This document shows, one piece after another, positions 28,802 through 40,684 of a DNA stretch of 64,000 bases (positions within the stretch are counted from its first letter, which is position 1; every line of letters begins with the position of its first letter). A program made the translations under genes and the position numbers. A model generated the notes under the pieces. The model did no database searches and had not been told where the DNA came from. It saw only the letters and a list, made by a program, of their open reading frames with translations. The stretch spans positions 18,166,001-18,230,000 of the forward strand of contig OZ365112.1 in the NCBI GenBank assembly GCA_977030845.1, written 5' to 3'. The stretch comes from Fimbriosthenelais zetlandica (Eukaryota).

Positions 28802-29603
28802 CCCTCAGGTCTCTTGAAATGGTCTCTCGGTGTTGCTCTCCGATGTTGCGTTGCTAATAAAGCTGACTGTGTTAATGCCATAGTGGTACTGGTGTTGGGT
28901 GTTTTAAATATATCCTCCTGCCGTAACTCCTCCCCTTCTTGTAACGTAGGTAAAGGCCCGGAAATTGGACGAACACTATTTGAGCCACTTGAATTGTTAC
29001 TCGTTTTGGGGCTTTCTCCACCCGCTTGCACATATTGCACATATAAATCCGACTTGAGGAAAAGAGGATAAGAATCATTTCTCATGGTATCTTCCACCTC
29101 TTGTTGTGCCTCGTCAAAGACGGTTTGGTCTATATTCTCTTTCTTACTCAACCTTTCAGCAAGCCTTTTTCTCACCTCCTGCTTCAGGCAGAGTTGGTCA
29201 CCTTTGATATATTTCCTATAAATTAATTTAACTAAGTTGTATATTTTATCCTTATCCGTAGGAGCTACTAATTTTAATCCCCGGCATGCAAACCAGAAGT
29301 CCAAGGTATTGGCACATTGTTCTTGGTCCAGGAACTGTTTGAAGAGTTTGACACCATCGCTGTCATCCAGGAGGTGTATGAGGTTTTCTGCCCACTTGAG
29401 GTAAGGTGGTGAGCTGTTTTCCGTGAAGGGTGGTGAGCTGGCTGCACTGCCTTCCGGCTCGAAGCCAAGTGGGGCTTCATCGTCACCAATAATGACGGCT
29501 GAACAGCTGAGTGAAGAGTTTGTTTTATCCAGGTTGGATCTTCGTGGTGTTGCCGCAGGAGAACTCTCGCTCCGATGAGACTTGTTGGACGTGTGACTTT
29601 TAC
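28802..29603 (-). CDS. Axin: Axin coding exon 2 (tankyrase-binding motif 2 and RGS/APC-binding domain)
   Basis: Acceptor ttcctgtctcAG|G at 29,603. The spliced frame reads GKSHTSNK...PLGFEPEGSAASSPP...PPYLKWAENLIHLLDDSDGVKLFKQFLDQEQCANTLDFWFACRGLK...YRKYIKG...YPLFLKSDLYVQYV, a classic Axin RGS domain. Donor GG|GTAAGT (802 nt, phase 2). Confidence 0.97.
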
Positions 29604-29786
29604 CTGAGACAGGAAAAATGGACTACAGGTATGAAGGACACAAACATTACAGAAAGATTTACATGGCAATTTTAAAATTTAAAATCTCAGATATATTTTA
29701 GTCTATTACTTAATATAGACCATGAAAGACAGTGGGACATAGGACATGGAATCTTTTGCCATCATTTTTTTTCTCATCAGACATAC

Positions 29787-29940
29787 CTGAGAGGTGGCTG
29801 CGGTAGGATCCGCTGCTTCTTGTGGAAGTTCCTCCGTTAGAGTGAAGTTCATTCTCCTCCCCAGGTACGGGGGGTCTGGGGGCCGTCTCTGTGAAGTTTC
29901 CCCCAGAGTCGTTTAAAAACTGCTGCACCTCAATACTCAT
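29787..29940 (-). CDS. Axin: Axin coding exon 1 (start codon; tankyrase-binding motif 1)
   Basis: ATG at 29,940 gives MSIEVQQFLNDSGGNFTETAPRPPVPGEE..., containing the Axin tankyrase-binding motif RPPVPGEE. It ends at a CAG|GTATGT donor (154 nt, phase 1). Confidence 0.95.
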
Positions 29941-32059
29941 GATTTTCTCTTGTTTCCTTCTGCAGCATCATAACACGGTATCATAGAGCATGTGTGATGG
30001 TCATGGAAGTAATCATGCTTGGCTTTTAACTTTATAGGCACTTGCTTTAATGGAGATCTGTGTGAGAAATGGATGCAATCTCACATCATCGAAATCATCT
30101 GTAATAACAAGAAAAATATTGATATATTACATTGGCATGATATAATGAAGTACAATTGATAGACTTTCAAAGCATTATTCCCAGTATTTATAACTAAGGA
30201 TGTGACATCAGACAAAATCGGATGATGGGAGAAGTGTATTGAAAGAGTCAATTTTCGGAGAAATCGTGACATTTAGTCATGACTTTGAGGATGTCGATGA
30301 ATAAGTGATCAAAGTCAATCCATTCGTTTCATCTTTCTCAGTGTATACTATATAGAGACCCCTCTTTAAATCCCTGCAGGCTTTCAAAGTAAGTCATTCC
30401 AAGTGACATTTAAATTTCTCATGTTTATATGGAAGTAAACAGTACACAAGTTAGTTATGTCTTTGCCATGATTAGTTTGAATATGATAACACATGTCGTG
30501 TGTAACTATTTTTATCAGTTTAAAAGTTCCATGAAGTTTCCAGTCTAAGGGAACGTGAATTAATGAAGGCTAAGAGGTAGAGGATGGATGGAGGGGTGGG
30601 AATCCAACTTCAAAAGCTTGCTCAGCTCGCTTTGCTGCTCATATGAAGCCATATAAAAATCCTCTCTTCTCTCACATACACTTGACCAGGCCCTGTGATC
30701 TTCACACGCCTACTTCCAACATGGGGTGGCACAAAGTTCCAATTCAAATTCCCACCAAAATGTCATTTTATACCATGTAATAATATATTTCTTATATCTA
30801 TTAAATTTTCAAGGCTATTTCTTGACAATATAAGTAAAGGAGAGACATGTCCCCACTTCAATGCAACCGTTACTGAGGCTTTTCTATTTAAATAATATAA
30901 TATATAAAAGATGGTATCTTAACAGATTAGCTGGAGAGATTCAAAATCAAAGGAGTAAATGAGAGAAATCCTAGTTCTAACTTGTCTAGGTATCCCAGGA
31001 AATTGTGCCTTCAAATGAACTCAAAGCATAAGGTTCAATAATAAATATTAGTCACAGAGACATACTATAAATATCTATGATCAAAATGACCCACTCCAGT
31101 TCATACCAGAAACTACCAGGACTAAAATCGATATCAAAACCATTAAAACCCAACATACAACAGAGATGACAGATCCGACACAACATCCCCTGTCTATCCC
31201 TCTCCCAGCTTTTTCTGAGAGAATTATTTTGGTTCGAGCCATTGGAAATACGTGTGCAGGCCCATTGTGGGTCGCCGCGCGGCTCTTTGAAGTCTTCAGA
31301 GAAAAAATCCCTTTGAAGTGCAAACTGTATGGGAAGTAATTAGGCGGATCTGAGTCAAATAATTTCTAGACGACACGATATTTAAATCTTATTGAAATAG
31401 TCTTAATGCGATTAGATCCCACGTTGAACATAAATAAAAGACAGAATTCATATAAAAACAGTGATTAATATTAAAATGTTCATGCAGTCGAGCGTTCATG
31501 CATAAGGGACAAAACCGAATTTAGATTTGGAAAACATGATGCTTTGATCTACATGAATAATCACTTTTCCTAAAGATTTCACAGACACAGGAAGCCATGG
31601 AGATATTAATTATCATATATATTAAAGCAATATATCTTATTGTAGATTATTAGGGCTAAATAGATGTATGGATCACAGTAACCTAGTTACGCTGGGCAGG
31701 TGAGAGTAGGCATACATGGTGTAGGCCTGATGATTGTTTTTTGTCCAACTTAATAAAAATTATCGGTTTAAGATAAAGCAAATGAAGGTATTGAGCAACA
31801 GGTACCTCAAAATATAGGAATGAGTGGTCAATAACACTCTGTTCCAAAGATATTTTATAGTAGAGTTATTGGTAACCAGCATGAGATAGATTTGTAGGCT
31901 ACATGGCTAGTATGAATCTAATGACCCTCATCCCCTGTGTAAAGGCCTACATATCTAAAGGTTCTGCTTTGAAGTGCCACCTCAGGTTCATGATCACAGA
32001 AAGAGAGTGAGTGTGATATTGTTGTTAATCTACCTGCTCCTAGGGCCTTCAGTCCTTAG

Positions 32060-32560
32060 CTTTGATATGTTAATATTAACCCAGAGATCTGAAGGTTGAC
32101 AGGGATGATTGGTTAGCTGTTAGTGTCTAGGATCGCCTCTCTATCTTTCTCTCTGTCCTGCCTGGCCAATGCTTCTTCCCAAGCTCACGGCAGTAAGCAA
32201 CTACCTGTTTTTAACGACCAGTACCGAGGGAAAAACGATCAAACAGACTACAAAGTAAAGAATTGACCAGATCAAAGGGAGGTGTAAGTGCCGGGGGGAG
32301 AGATGTAATGGCCAGTGCAAGGCCTCCCTATACACAGCAACCCGGAGCTGTGGCGATCGCTACATCAAAACCGGGGCTTGTAAGGTACGGGATCAAAGTT
32401 TGATCTCGCCAGTTTACGATGCCACCCTCTCATAATCACATGCAAACTACAAAGTATGAAGGCGGGCCCGCCAGCCGAGTTCTCTCAGAGATCAAAAGAA
32501 AGCAATGGCCATCAGAGCCCATGCATGACTACCCCTGTCAGTGGCCCACCAAAATCAAAG
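32060..32560. promoter_or_regulatory. TCF/LEF site cluster (putative Wnt-response element) upstream of Axin coding exon 1
   Basis: Exact ATCAAAG/CTTTGAT at 32,060, 32,271, 32,392 and 32,554, plus near-matches (GATCAAAC about 32,237, ACATCAAAA about 32,362, GATCAAAAG about 32,490) in about 500 bp of GC-rich sequence. Confidence 0.6.
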
Positions 32561-32779
32561 GCAACGCAAATCGATCTCTCCGTCAATTTTACATTGGCAT
32601 ACTTCCAATCAGAGGCTATCTCTCTAGACATTAGATCCACCCGGCCACGGTCCTCCAGTCTGGAGTTGGTTTTGAGAATTTTTGCAGTTCAGACGCCGGG
32701 GTGAAAAGCAGACGACATTTGGAATGATCGCGGGTTGTGTGTGGGTTTGGCGAGCAGTGGCTTCACTGACAGTTTCCTA

Positions 32780-33040
32780 TGGGCACGGGTGGCCATCTTG
32801 TCAAGTACCTTGTGGGGTTGTGGCTCAAAAAACACCATAACTAAACCCAGGTGACCCCCACCAATGCAAAACTATCATGTCCCAATGTCTCTCCTCCATG
32901 TAAAATCAATATGAAGTCCCCTAAGTCTTAGAAATGCGAGGAAGCCCTCGACTTGTTCAGCTGGATTCACACTTACTGGGTCAAAACAGTCCATGGCCGC
33001 CATGTTGGTTGGTATGCAAATGACGGGGGCGCTGTAAGGG
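32780..33040 (-). promoter_or_regulatory. Probable Axin core promoter / non-coding first exon region
   Basis: Two YY1-type motifs read sense on the minus strand (AAGATGGCC 32,791-32,799; AACATGGCGGC 32,996-33,006), with an octamer ATGCAAAT at 33,014-33,021. The GC-rich region lies about 3 kb upstream of the Axin ATG. The TSS is not directly observable. Confidence 0.4.
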
Positions 33041-34377
33041 GGAAGGAGAAGGGGTCCGACTTTGTTTACAAAATTATGATCATTTTTTGTTGTAAATTAT
33101 TTTAAAATTTAAGAGATAGGTAGAGATAGTGGATTTCTACCCTAATTGAAAAAGCCTTTCTTCTAAAATGAAAATAAAAGAATTCCCAGGGAGCAATGTT
33201 TTGGCCTGGGAGGAGGTCGTTAACAATGAACTCCTCTCTATAAGACGAGGATCCATTCACCACTTTGACCTCTCCACTAGTGGCAATGCCCTCACAATGA
33301 TCCAATAAAAATGGTTACATTTGCCCCTGGTGACCTAGGATATACCACAAGCATTTGAGTACACTTCTAAATCAACTTTTTAGGTCTATGGGAAATGAAC
33401 GCTAATCTTTCGTCCTGTATCTTCATGCTTCATAGAACAAAAACAATGGGATCTTTTCATTTACTGACTCCAAAGACTTGATGTCACTACCAGATAGAAT
33501 TTCTGACTATACAACAATAATTTACAAAATATAGACTATTAAAGGGTTCTATTCCCAATGATATTAATATCATTCCTTCACACCATACAATTACAGGCCC
33601 ATGGGTTTAAATAGGTGTCCAGTCTCGTCCAGTACCCAGTAGCCTAGCCAAGGCTATGTCTATTGTGAGGGGTGGATTCATAACATTAGGCCTATTAAAA
33701 CCCATGCAAAAAATTAATAACTTTCACAATCATCTTGACTATAATAATTTACCAATTTGATGAGCTACACAAAAGTTTAGAGCAATGAGTGGTCCCTAAG
33801 TTCGGTTCTTTGTAAAGTGTGTAGTGCATTACTGACTTGGTTCGGCCACTGTCACACACACACGCCAGTCCCACACAATACAATCCACCATGGACTTCAC
33901 CTCCACACACAAAAACCAATAAATAAACTCATAAAGAGTATGAAAAATTCCCAGGTAATACAAGTAGAATCAAACTTACAATTTAGACCAAGTACACTCC
34001 ATCACAAACCCTTAGAGAAGATATAGAAGTTGAATAAATCCGTGGGTAGGGGCCTGGTTTGGAGGTATGTGGGGCGACCTAGAAAAGCTGAATGGGTGTC
34101 AGCAGGCATGCTGTAGGCCTTCAACACCAGGCCTCCCCAATACACATTGTATGGTACTAGGTTGGCTACCCAGGAATCTAACTCAACACTCACTATATCC
34201 CTCCAAAGTTGTATAAAACTTCTCATAAAGTTTATGTGGACTTATCTAAAACATTGGACTCACCTCCAGGTTTTGGTAATATCCGATTCCGTGTATGAAG
34301 CGAAAGTTCCGGGCAAGACTCGCCAAATTAGAGGAGGAAATTTGAAAAGTTTGAATGTCTCACACATCAAAGCACTG

Positions 34378-34490
34378 GCCCGCCGCCCGCCGACCCCGGC
34401 TATGTGACGTCACTAGCCTCTGATGTGCCGCACCAATCAGAACGCTGGAAAAATCAACATTTGCAAAAATGTGTCAGGCGCGTCCACCTA
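34378..34490. promoter_or_regulatory. GC-box/CRE/CCAAT cluster upstream of Axin
   Basis: GCCCGCCGCCCGCC run, full CRE TGACGTCA at 34,405-34,412 and CCAATCA at about 34,435 within about 100 bp. Confidence 0.35.
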
Positions 34491-37400
34491 GTGTATCAGG
34501 GGTGTTGGCAGTAGAACAAATAAATAATTAGTCATATAAATTAAAAATAAATTGTCAAAGTTCAGAAATATAATATGGCAGTTATATTTTAGCATTATAG
34601 ACAAGCTGAAACATATTACTTAGAAAATAAAGTGTGTTAGTATGTAAAAGTTTATATGACCCCGCCTTTTTGAAATAATAGAATCGCCCACCACATGGCC
34701 CAGTGTTCACCCATACAGCTTGTCGGCAGACTTGAGAAGAGCAGATGTTTACGTCTGTCAGTGAAAACTCTACAGACACCCCTTCTAACTTTTAAACCAG
34801 GGTTGAACTCTTAGCCCCCGAATTGTCAGCTGCCTCCTCCCTTCCCTGGATCCCCTCTCATCCCAATTTTGAACAAGGCCATTTTCCATATTAGAGTGTC
34901 CATTCATACCTTTAAAAAATATGCCTCTTTTTTTTCCTTTAAATTTGTCCCCCTTTTCCTCCCGGGCTTTTCCTATGTAATGGCTTCGGTCTCTCGCTGT
35001 AGTGTTTATATATGTTTTGCTTTCCTCTTTGTTCTTACTTTGTTAGGCTTAGTTAACTTCTTAATATCTTATTAGGCCTAGAGGAGAATTTTAGTTATTT
35101 CCCCCTACACAACAGCATGAGGTATGCTCATGTAGTCTACCTTTGAAGGATTTTTAAAAATCGTTTTAGTTCTTTGTAACATGAAAGTAAAGAGGGTTGA
35201 CCAGAAAGCTAGGATGCTGGTCCTGTGACGGTTGGAGTGAGCGATAATATAGCGCTTGGTGGCCGTTAGAGCGCCCCTTGGCGGTCCCCTTTGATGTAGG
35301 CCAGATGAGAGAGAAGTGTGCGCTGGTCGGTGGGCCCACCACCTTTTATCTTCTAACTTAAGTCTCTCTCAATTAATTACTCAAATTGTGTGCGCCCCTC
35401 GGTTAGAAACAATTAAAGACTTATCCTCACTAAAAGTGTGGCCTTTATTTAGCTATAATTGTTACAAACCCGACTTTATATTTTCAAAGCATTCAAGCAT
35501 TACTTTTATTTGCACCTTCAAAGAAAGTTATATGAATAGGCCGCGTGTTGTATAAATATTAGATTTATAGGGGCATTGTAAACAAGGAGATGTTTCTCAT
35601 TGAAGTTCTGTCGCCTCTCATTGGCTCATCCAAACATTTATGATGCCTATGACGGCTCTTATTAAACATCCCTGTTTATGAGTTTTCAAAGAGGTCTCCA
35701 GGATGTCTGAACTCTGAAGTAAGACAAAAATCTAGCACCATAAGGGCAGTTCTAATTCTAATCACAATAGCTTCTTTTACGGGGCACTTTAAATCTTTCT
35801 TATGGCCGTCAGATCTCGTTGGATTAGGCCGATACCATATGTTTGTGTATAAATCCTATAGCCAAGCGATTAGCAAGCGGTCATTAATCCAGCATTTATT
35901 TAACTTCAAAATCTCGCACCTAATGAACTTTGGATTGGAATGAAGAAATTACATATTTTTATACTTGAATGGGCCGACAATATTTAGGGACACAAAGACC
36001 ACAGTATCAAACAATAAGATGCTACTTAGGCCTATATGCCTAAGTGAGAGGTATAGCATACTATTTTTTCCAATAAGTGTAGGTTCCACATGAAATACAA
36101 TAGTTCACAGGTATCTCAGGTCAAAACATACCTGAGGTTGGAGTTATTGTACCTATTACGTACTTTCACATGCACTCACTAATCTACTTACATGTCTGGG
36201 CCACCTGGTATAAGCTTCATATACAGTACATATAGACCCAGGAATACTCCTACATTTATCTCCCACTGTTCCCCCTTGGCAGATCAACGCAAATGACATA
36301 AAGACTTTATATGCGTATATGAAAGCATAAAAGGGAACAAACTGCCCTCTTTCTCCTCTGCTCGCCCCCCGGCCAAGGCCCCCTACCGGCCTCTAGTTAA
36401 ACCACTCTGAGGTGAGTGGTGTTTTGAAGTCAGTAATCTGTCTGTGCGACCTCAGTGATAACAGCTCCCAATTAGCTGGCATATCGCTGCCAGGGCTTTC
36501 ATCTCTACCCCACCCGCCCACATCCATCCCACCCCCCACTAAATACTGACCCAGCCCACCAATAACTCCTCTGATCACAGAGGCTCCTGTCCCATGCGCT
36601 GTGCCCTTAACACACAACTTCCAGTATTTATTTGTAATATTTATTAATGTGTATTACTGGTTAGAATATTGCACAAGTAGCCAAGCGTTTATATCCGTGT
36701 AGCTTTCCTTGTTATCTTGTTAGAGGGAGAGAGGACGGGCGGTTAGAGGGACGAGGGTGGGATGGGGGCCAGCAATGATTCTCTTTGATCTCCAGCAAGG
36801 CCAGCTGCGCTTTGATCACTTCTTGTACGGGGACGCCCATGATGTAGACGTTGGAGGGACTACGGCATTTTAATTCTATGAGTGGGCCGCGGCAGAGTGT
36901 AAAAGGGTCCGGTTTTCAGCTCGCTTGCTTAGTGGGTTTGTGCTATTACACTCTGATATAAAATAGAGACCCAAAGCCTCATCCCAACGATGCTTGGTTT
37001 AAAAGAATCAGCTAGGCCTATGGTAGAAAACAATAGGCCAATGCAATGGACACGTAGGGAATAATACAATATCCGTTGCAAGCAGGCCATAGAAAGAATT
37101 ATTAGGGCTATTTATGACCAATGCCTGTTTGTCCATTGTGCATTATGCCATATACACGTAAAAAATAAATTTTAAATAATGCGGCCAGACGAGAAAATTA
37201 GCCCATGGCATAACATTACATAATATTACAGAAACTGGTTGAGGGAGATAATTGGTTAATACACCCCGCCCGCCTTTGTGAAACCCCTACCAACTAGGCC
37301 TATAGTCCCCTATGTAACTTTTAAGGAATCCTTGTTCCCGTAGGACAACGCTCTTTGACACAAGTTTGTAACGATTCGCGGGGGGTGGGGAGTGGGGTTT

Positions 37401-38656
37401 ATTATTAGACCCTGTCAAAATTATTCTGAAATAGGCCCTATACCAGGTTCCATTCAGAGAAATATCCTCTGAAAAGGGCACGATACCTCAAACATATAGA
37501 CCCTTATTAACCCTACAAAACAAACTGATATCACGAGCACAGCTGCTTCAACACAAAATTAATGTTACATAACTATATAAGCCTACCTGAGAATATGACC
37601 TGATGTCGATATGCATGAAGTCCAAGTGAATTTGCGATCACATGAAAATATTATCCAGCATCTAAACAGAAGAAAAAGGTAGACCGAGTATTACTTAAGT
37701 GCCGTCTTCGGGAACTGTCGGTTCGAGCTTATTCCAATAGATGCCAAAGTTTCTGCCAGGGAGTTTCTGCTCCGACGTAAGCCTACATTATACCATACAC
37801 GTGCCAGAGCTTCTCATTAGAATCCTCACGTATTACAGCAAATGACCACCATAATACAGCTACAAAACTAGATAACTATAACTACGTATGAGATTTTAAA
37901 AGCACTAGGCCTATATGCTTTCCAACCTTTAGATCAGTATAATATGACAGTATTTACCTCTCAGCTTTCAGGAAATGTCCCGCGAGGATCTCCAAATACT
38001 TTCAGCAGACTTCCCGATGCACCCTTTTTGACATCCGCCGTGCGCACAACTGGATCTTTATTCTTTCCAAAACATAGGAATTACTCCAAGAAACCACTTT
38101 TTAGTGGGTTCTGGCCTAGAAGTGGTTGTAAACATTCCCTGAAACCATGGATTCCTTACTGTACAATTCGTCTGTCACATAAGGTGTAGAAACGGATCAT
38201 CTTGGCCGGCAAGAAAAGTGATATCTGTTGCGCTTTGTAGGTCCGAGACATTTGAGACACCCATGCGTGGGTCGCTAGTGTCTCCCCCAAGGAGAAAAGA
38301 CAGGAAGTAATATAACGTCGTGCCGCGCATTAAAGTTGAGAAATCTCACTAGGAGGCATGACACTCGGGGCGTTGGTACGAGCACAGAGATCACTTTAAT
38401 TAGGAACGATACAAAGGAATAACTCTTATATATTGAGAAATAAAGTTGTAATAGAAAATATCACCCGGAAATTTATCACAAATTTACAGTTGTCTATATT
38501 ATTGTATGGTTTATTCTAACATTCGAAAACGCATTTCAACCCAACATACCTATTTATTAACAACGAGTATAGAAAGAGGTAGATTTTCCATTTTCAAGGT
38601 AGGCCTATAACACTAAAGACGGGTAAAATGATTCACGTTTCTATGTTTTTATGTTT

Positions 38657-38780
38657 CCACTTCCCTTTTCTGTTGTTAAATCCACACAGACGGGTATGGA
38701 AGTGAAGATTGTAAATATAAAGTGGAATGTCACCATCGTCACCCCTCTGGTCATCATCCTACATGGCTATTTACGATGAT
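38657..38780 (-). repeat. Degenerate direct duplicate of PRELID1 first exon (41,252-41,369)
   Basis: Core 38,702-38,780 versus 41,294-41,369: 70/76 identical plus one 3-nt indel by manual alignment. The donor is changed from GTAAGT to GGAAGT. Confidence 0.85.
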
Positions 38781-38937
38781 GCCAGAATTAGAGAGATGCC
38801 GACGGTGCTAAGGACTAGGGCACAAGATTGATTGATTGATGCACAATTCAATGATTCCAAGAAGGCTTGCGAAATTAAAAAGTAGGCTAATATTTCATAA
38901 TAGCAAAAGTACCAAGAAGGTGAGGGGTATATTGTTA

Positions 38938-38943
38938 TTTATT
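38938..38943 (-). terminator. Candidate PRELID1 polyadenylation signal
   Basis: First AATAAA seen on the minus strand downstream of the stop codon (about 660 nt of 3' UTR). Confidence 0.4.
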
Positions 38944-39603
38944 CTCGATTTACACAGTGTAATTCCAGTTTAACAATACAAAACCCAGTCACTTCACTCA
39001 TTTCCTTTATAAAATCGTCAGAGAGCCAGCTACCAAACCAATATCACACATTTTTATCGTTAGTTTGACAATTTGCATCCATAACAATTAACAAGCCAGA
39101 GGATTCTGTTGTAATTCTGGATACCAGAAAAACTCTTGAGTGTTCATTTAGGAAATAAAGAAAACATTTTTTAAGGTAATATATCACCAGATATCATACA
39201 TTTTCTTTCATACTAGAAGCAGATAAAACAAATACATCAAAATATTAATCTTTCACCTTCCTTGCTTTACCCATTCCCGTGTCTCATATTCTTTGACCAT
39301 AACACACGGAATGTTAAAAGCGAAGTGAATTGATCCCTGCAGAATTTATATAGTACTAACTATGCGATATATATCTTTTAAATTAAATAGGTGGTCATTA
39401 CACAATTAAGTTAGCAAAAAAAGATATGATACTCATAGGATATACTTTTACATATTTGGCCCGTGGACATTTATACATTATTGGGTTTTATGCTTTTGAT
39501 AATGATAAACGGTTGTTCTCAAATTTACACATGACAAAAATCACTTAAGCTTTATCTTATCGCTGTCATGTCAGGTTGTCATGTGACTTGATATGCACAG
39601 ATC

Positions 39604-40257
39604 TTAACCAGTGGTGCCTCCACCCGTGACAGAGGCTATAACAGGGGCAGCCTTAGACTTAGCTAGCTCTTTCGCTTTCTTAGTAGCCGCTTTTACTTTT
39701 TCAGCACTGGCCTTCAATGTTTGAGGCCGTTTTTCTGCCTCAGACACAAACAAGTTACTCAAAACATGATCAAAACCCTTCATGGTTTTTATCGAGGACT
39801 TTTTGAATTTGTCCAGCCCAAATGCCTGGAAAGCATAAGAGAGCCCAAACCCCATTTTAGATGACACCCAAGCCTGGCGCCAGCACCCTGTCGACGCCGT
39901 ATTCTGTTGTAATCCTATACTGTACGTACATTTCTCCTCCACCATCATAATTTTCTGCATACCGATATTTCGTGTGTAAGTGACTATAGTTTTGTTTTTC
40001 AAATCAACAATGGATTCTTCAACGACACATAAAGAGCAGGAGGAGAATCCCAGGATGCGTTCACCCCATTTGGGGAGCTTACTGGTCTTGGATATTAGCC
40101 TCTTAGTAAAGAGTTTATTGTCCGGAGTGACGTAGCGTTCCACCGTGTCCTCTGACAATACGTGGCCGCTGTAGGGGTTGGGATATCGCTGCCAGAGCGC
40201 TTGAGCCACTTGGTCCCAGGTAAATTTAAGGCTCGTTTCGTTTGAGAAGTACTTCAT
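39604..40257 (-). CDS. PRELID1: PRELI domain-containing protein 1 (mitochondrial intermembrane lipid-transfer protein, Ups1-like), 217 aa
   Basis: MKYF...WDQVAQALWQRYPNPYSGHVLSEDTVER...VEESIVD...MMVEEKCTY...RQAWVSS...TMKGF closely matches PRELID1, including the C-terminal LEA-like Ala/Lys helix. The ATG directly follows a tttgtgtttcAG acceptor. Confidence 0.96.
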   Translation of the reverse strand: MKYFSNETSLKFTWDQVAQALWQRYPNPYSGHVLSEDTVERYVTPDNKLFTKRLISKTSKLPKWGERILGFSSCSLCVVEESIVDLKNKTIVTYTRNIGMQKIMMVEEKCTYSIGLQQNTASTGCWRQAWVSSKMGFGLSYAFQAFGLDKFKKSSIKTMKGFDHVLSNLFVSEAEKRPQTLKASAEKVKAATKKAKELAKSKAAPVIASVTGGGTTG

Positions 40258-40321
40258 CTGAAACACAAACAAATTGTCAATGACAAAATCGAACTAAACG
40301 CTATGATACAAAATCATACTA

Positions 40322-40401
40322 CAGTCTGTCCAAACTAACTTGGACCGAAACCACGGTACATTTCTATCGTGGTTTCGGTCCAAGTTAGTTTGGACAAACT
40401 A
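40322..40401. mobile_element. 80-bp foldback / miniature inverted-repeat element (Tc1/mariner-like ends)
   Basis: Perfect 29-bp inverted repeat (40,327-40,355 / 40,368-40,396) around a 12-nt spacer, extendable to 34 bp with 2 mismatches. The left end begins CAGT and both sides are flanked by TA. Confidence 0.6.
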
Positions 40402-40520
40402 TATAATCATGACTAAAATCAATTACATGTATTCTGATTTTAAAAGGTAGGCCTACATGTAGGCCTGCCTATTCATCATAAATTAGGCCGTCAGATCATA
40501 AAATAAATCAAGGCTCTTAC

Positions 40521-40684
40521 CTTTCTTTTTGTAGTTACAGTTGCACAAGTTAATTTTGCCTGAAGAGTGATATACCCATCCAGTTGAGCATGAAAAATGT
40601 TATTACAATGATGGGGAAGGTCGTCGGGATGAGCAAGAGGTAATAGCACCACGACTGCTGATCAAAACATCCCTCGAAAAACCC
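40521..40684 (-). other. PRELID1: PRELID1 5'-UTR exon 2 (inferred)
   Basis: Acceptor tttctttctcatttacAG at 40,685-40,686 and donor AAG|GTAAGA at 40,521. Confidence 0.55.

Noticed and set aside
29274-29669. 131-aa minus-strand ORF in the track
   Set aside because: Wrong reading frame of Axin exon 2; the spliced frame is set by the phase-1 acceptor at 29,603.
33102-33305. Short frame with a vaguely FN3-like stretch (…EEFIVNDLLPGQ)
   Set aside because: Too short, lacks the conserved Trp/Tyr pattern and has no supporting exons.
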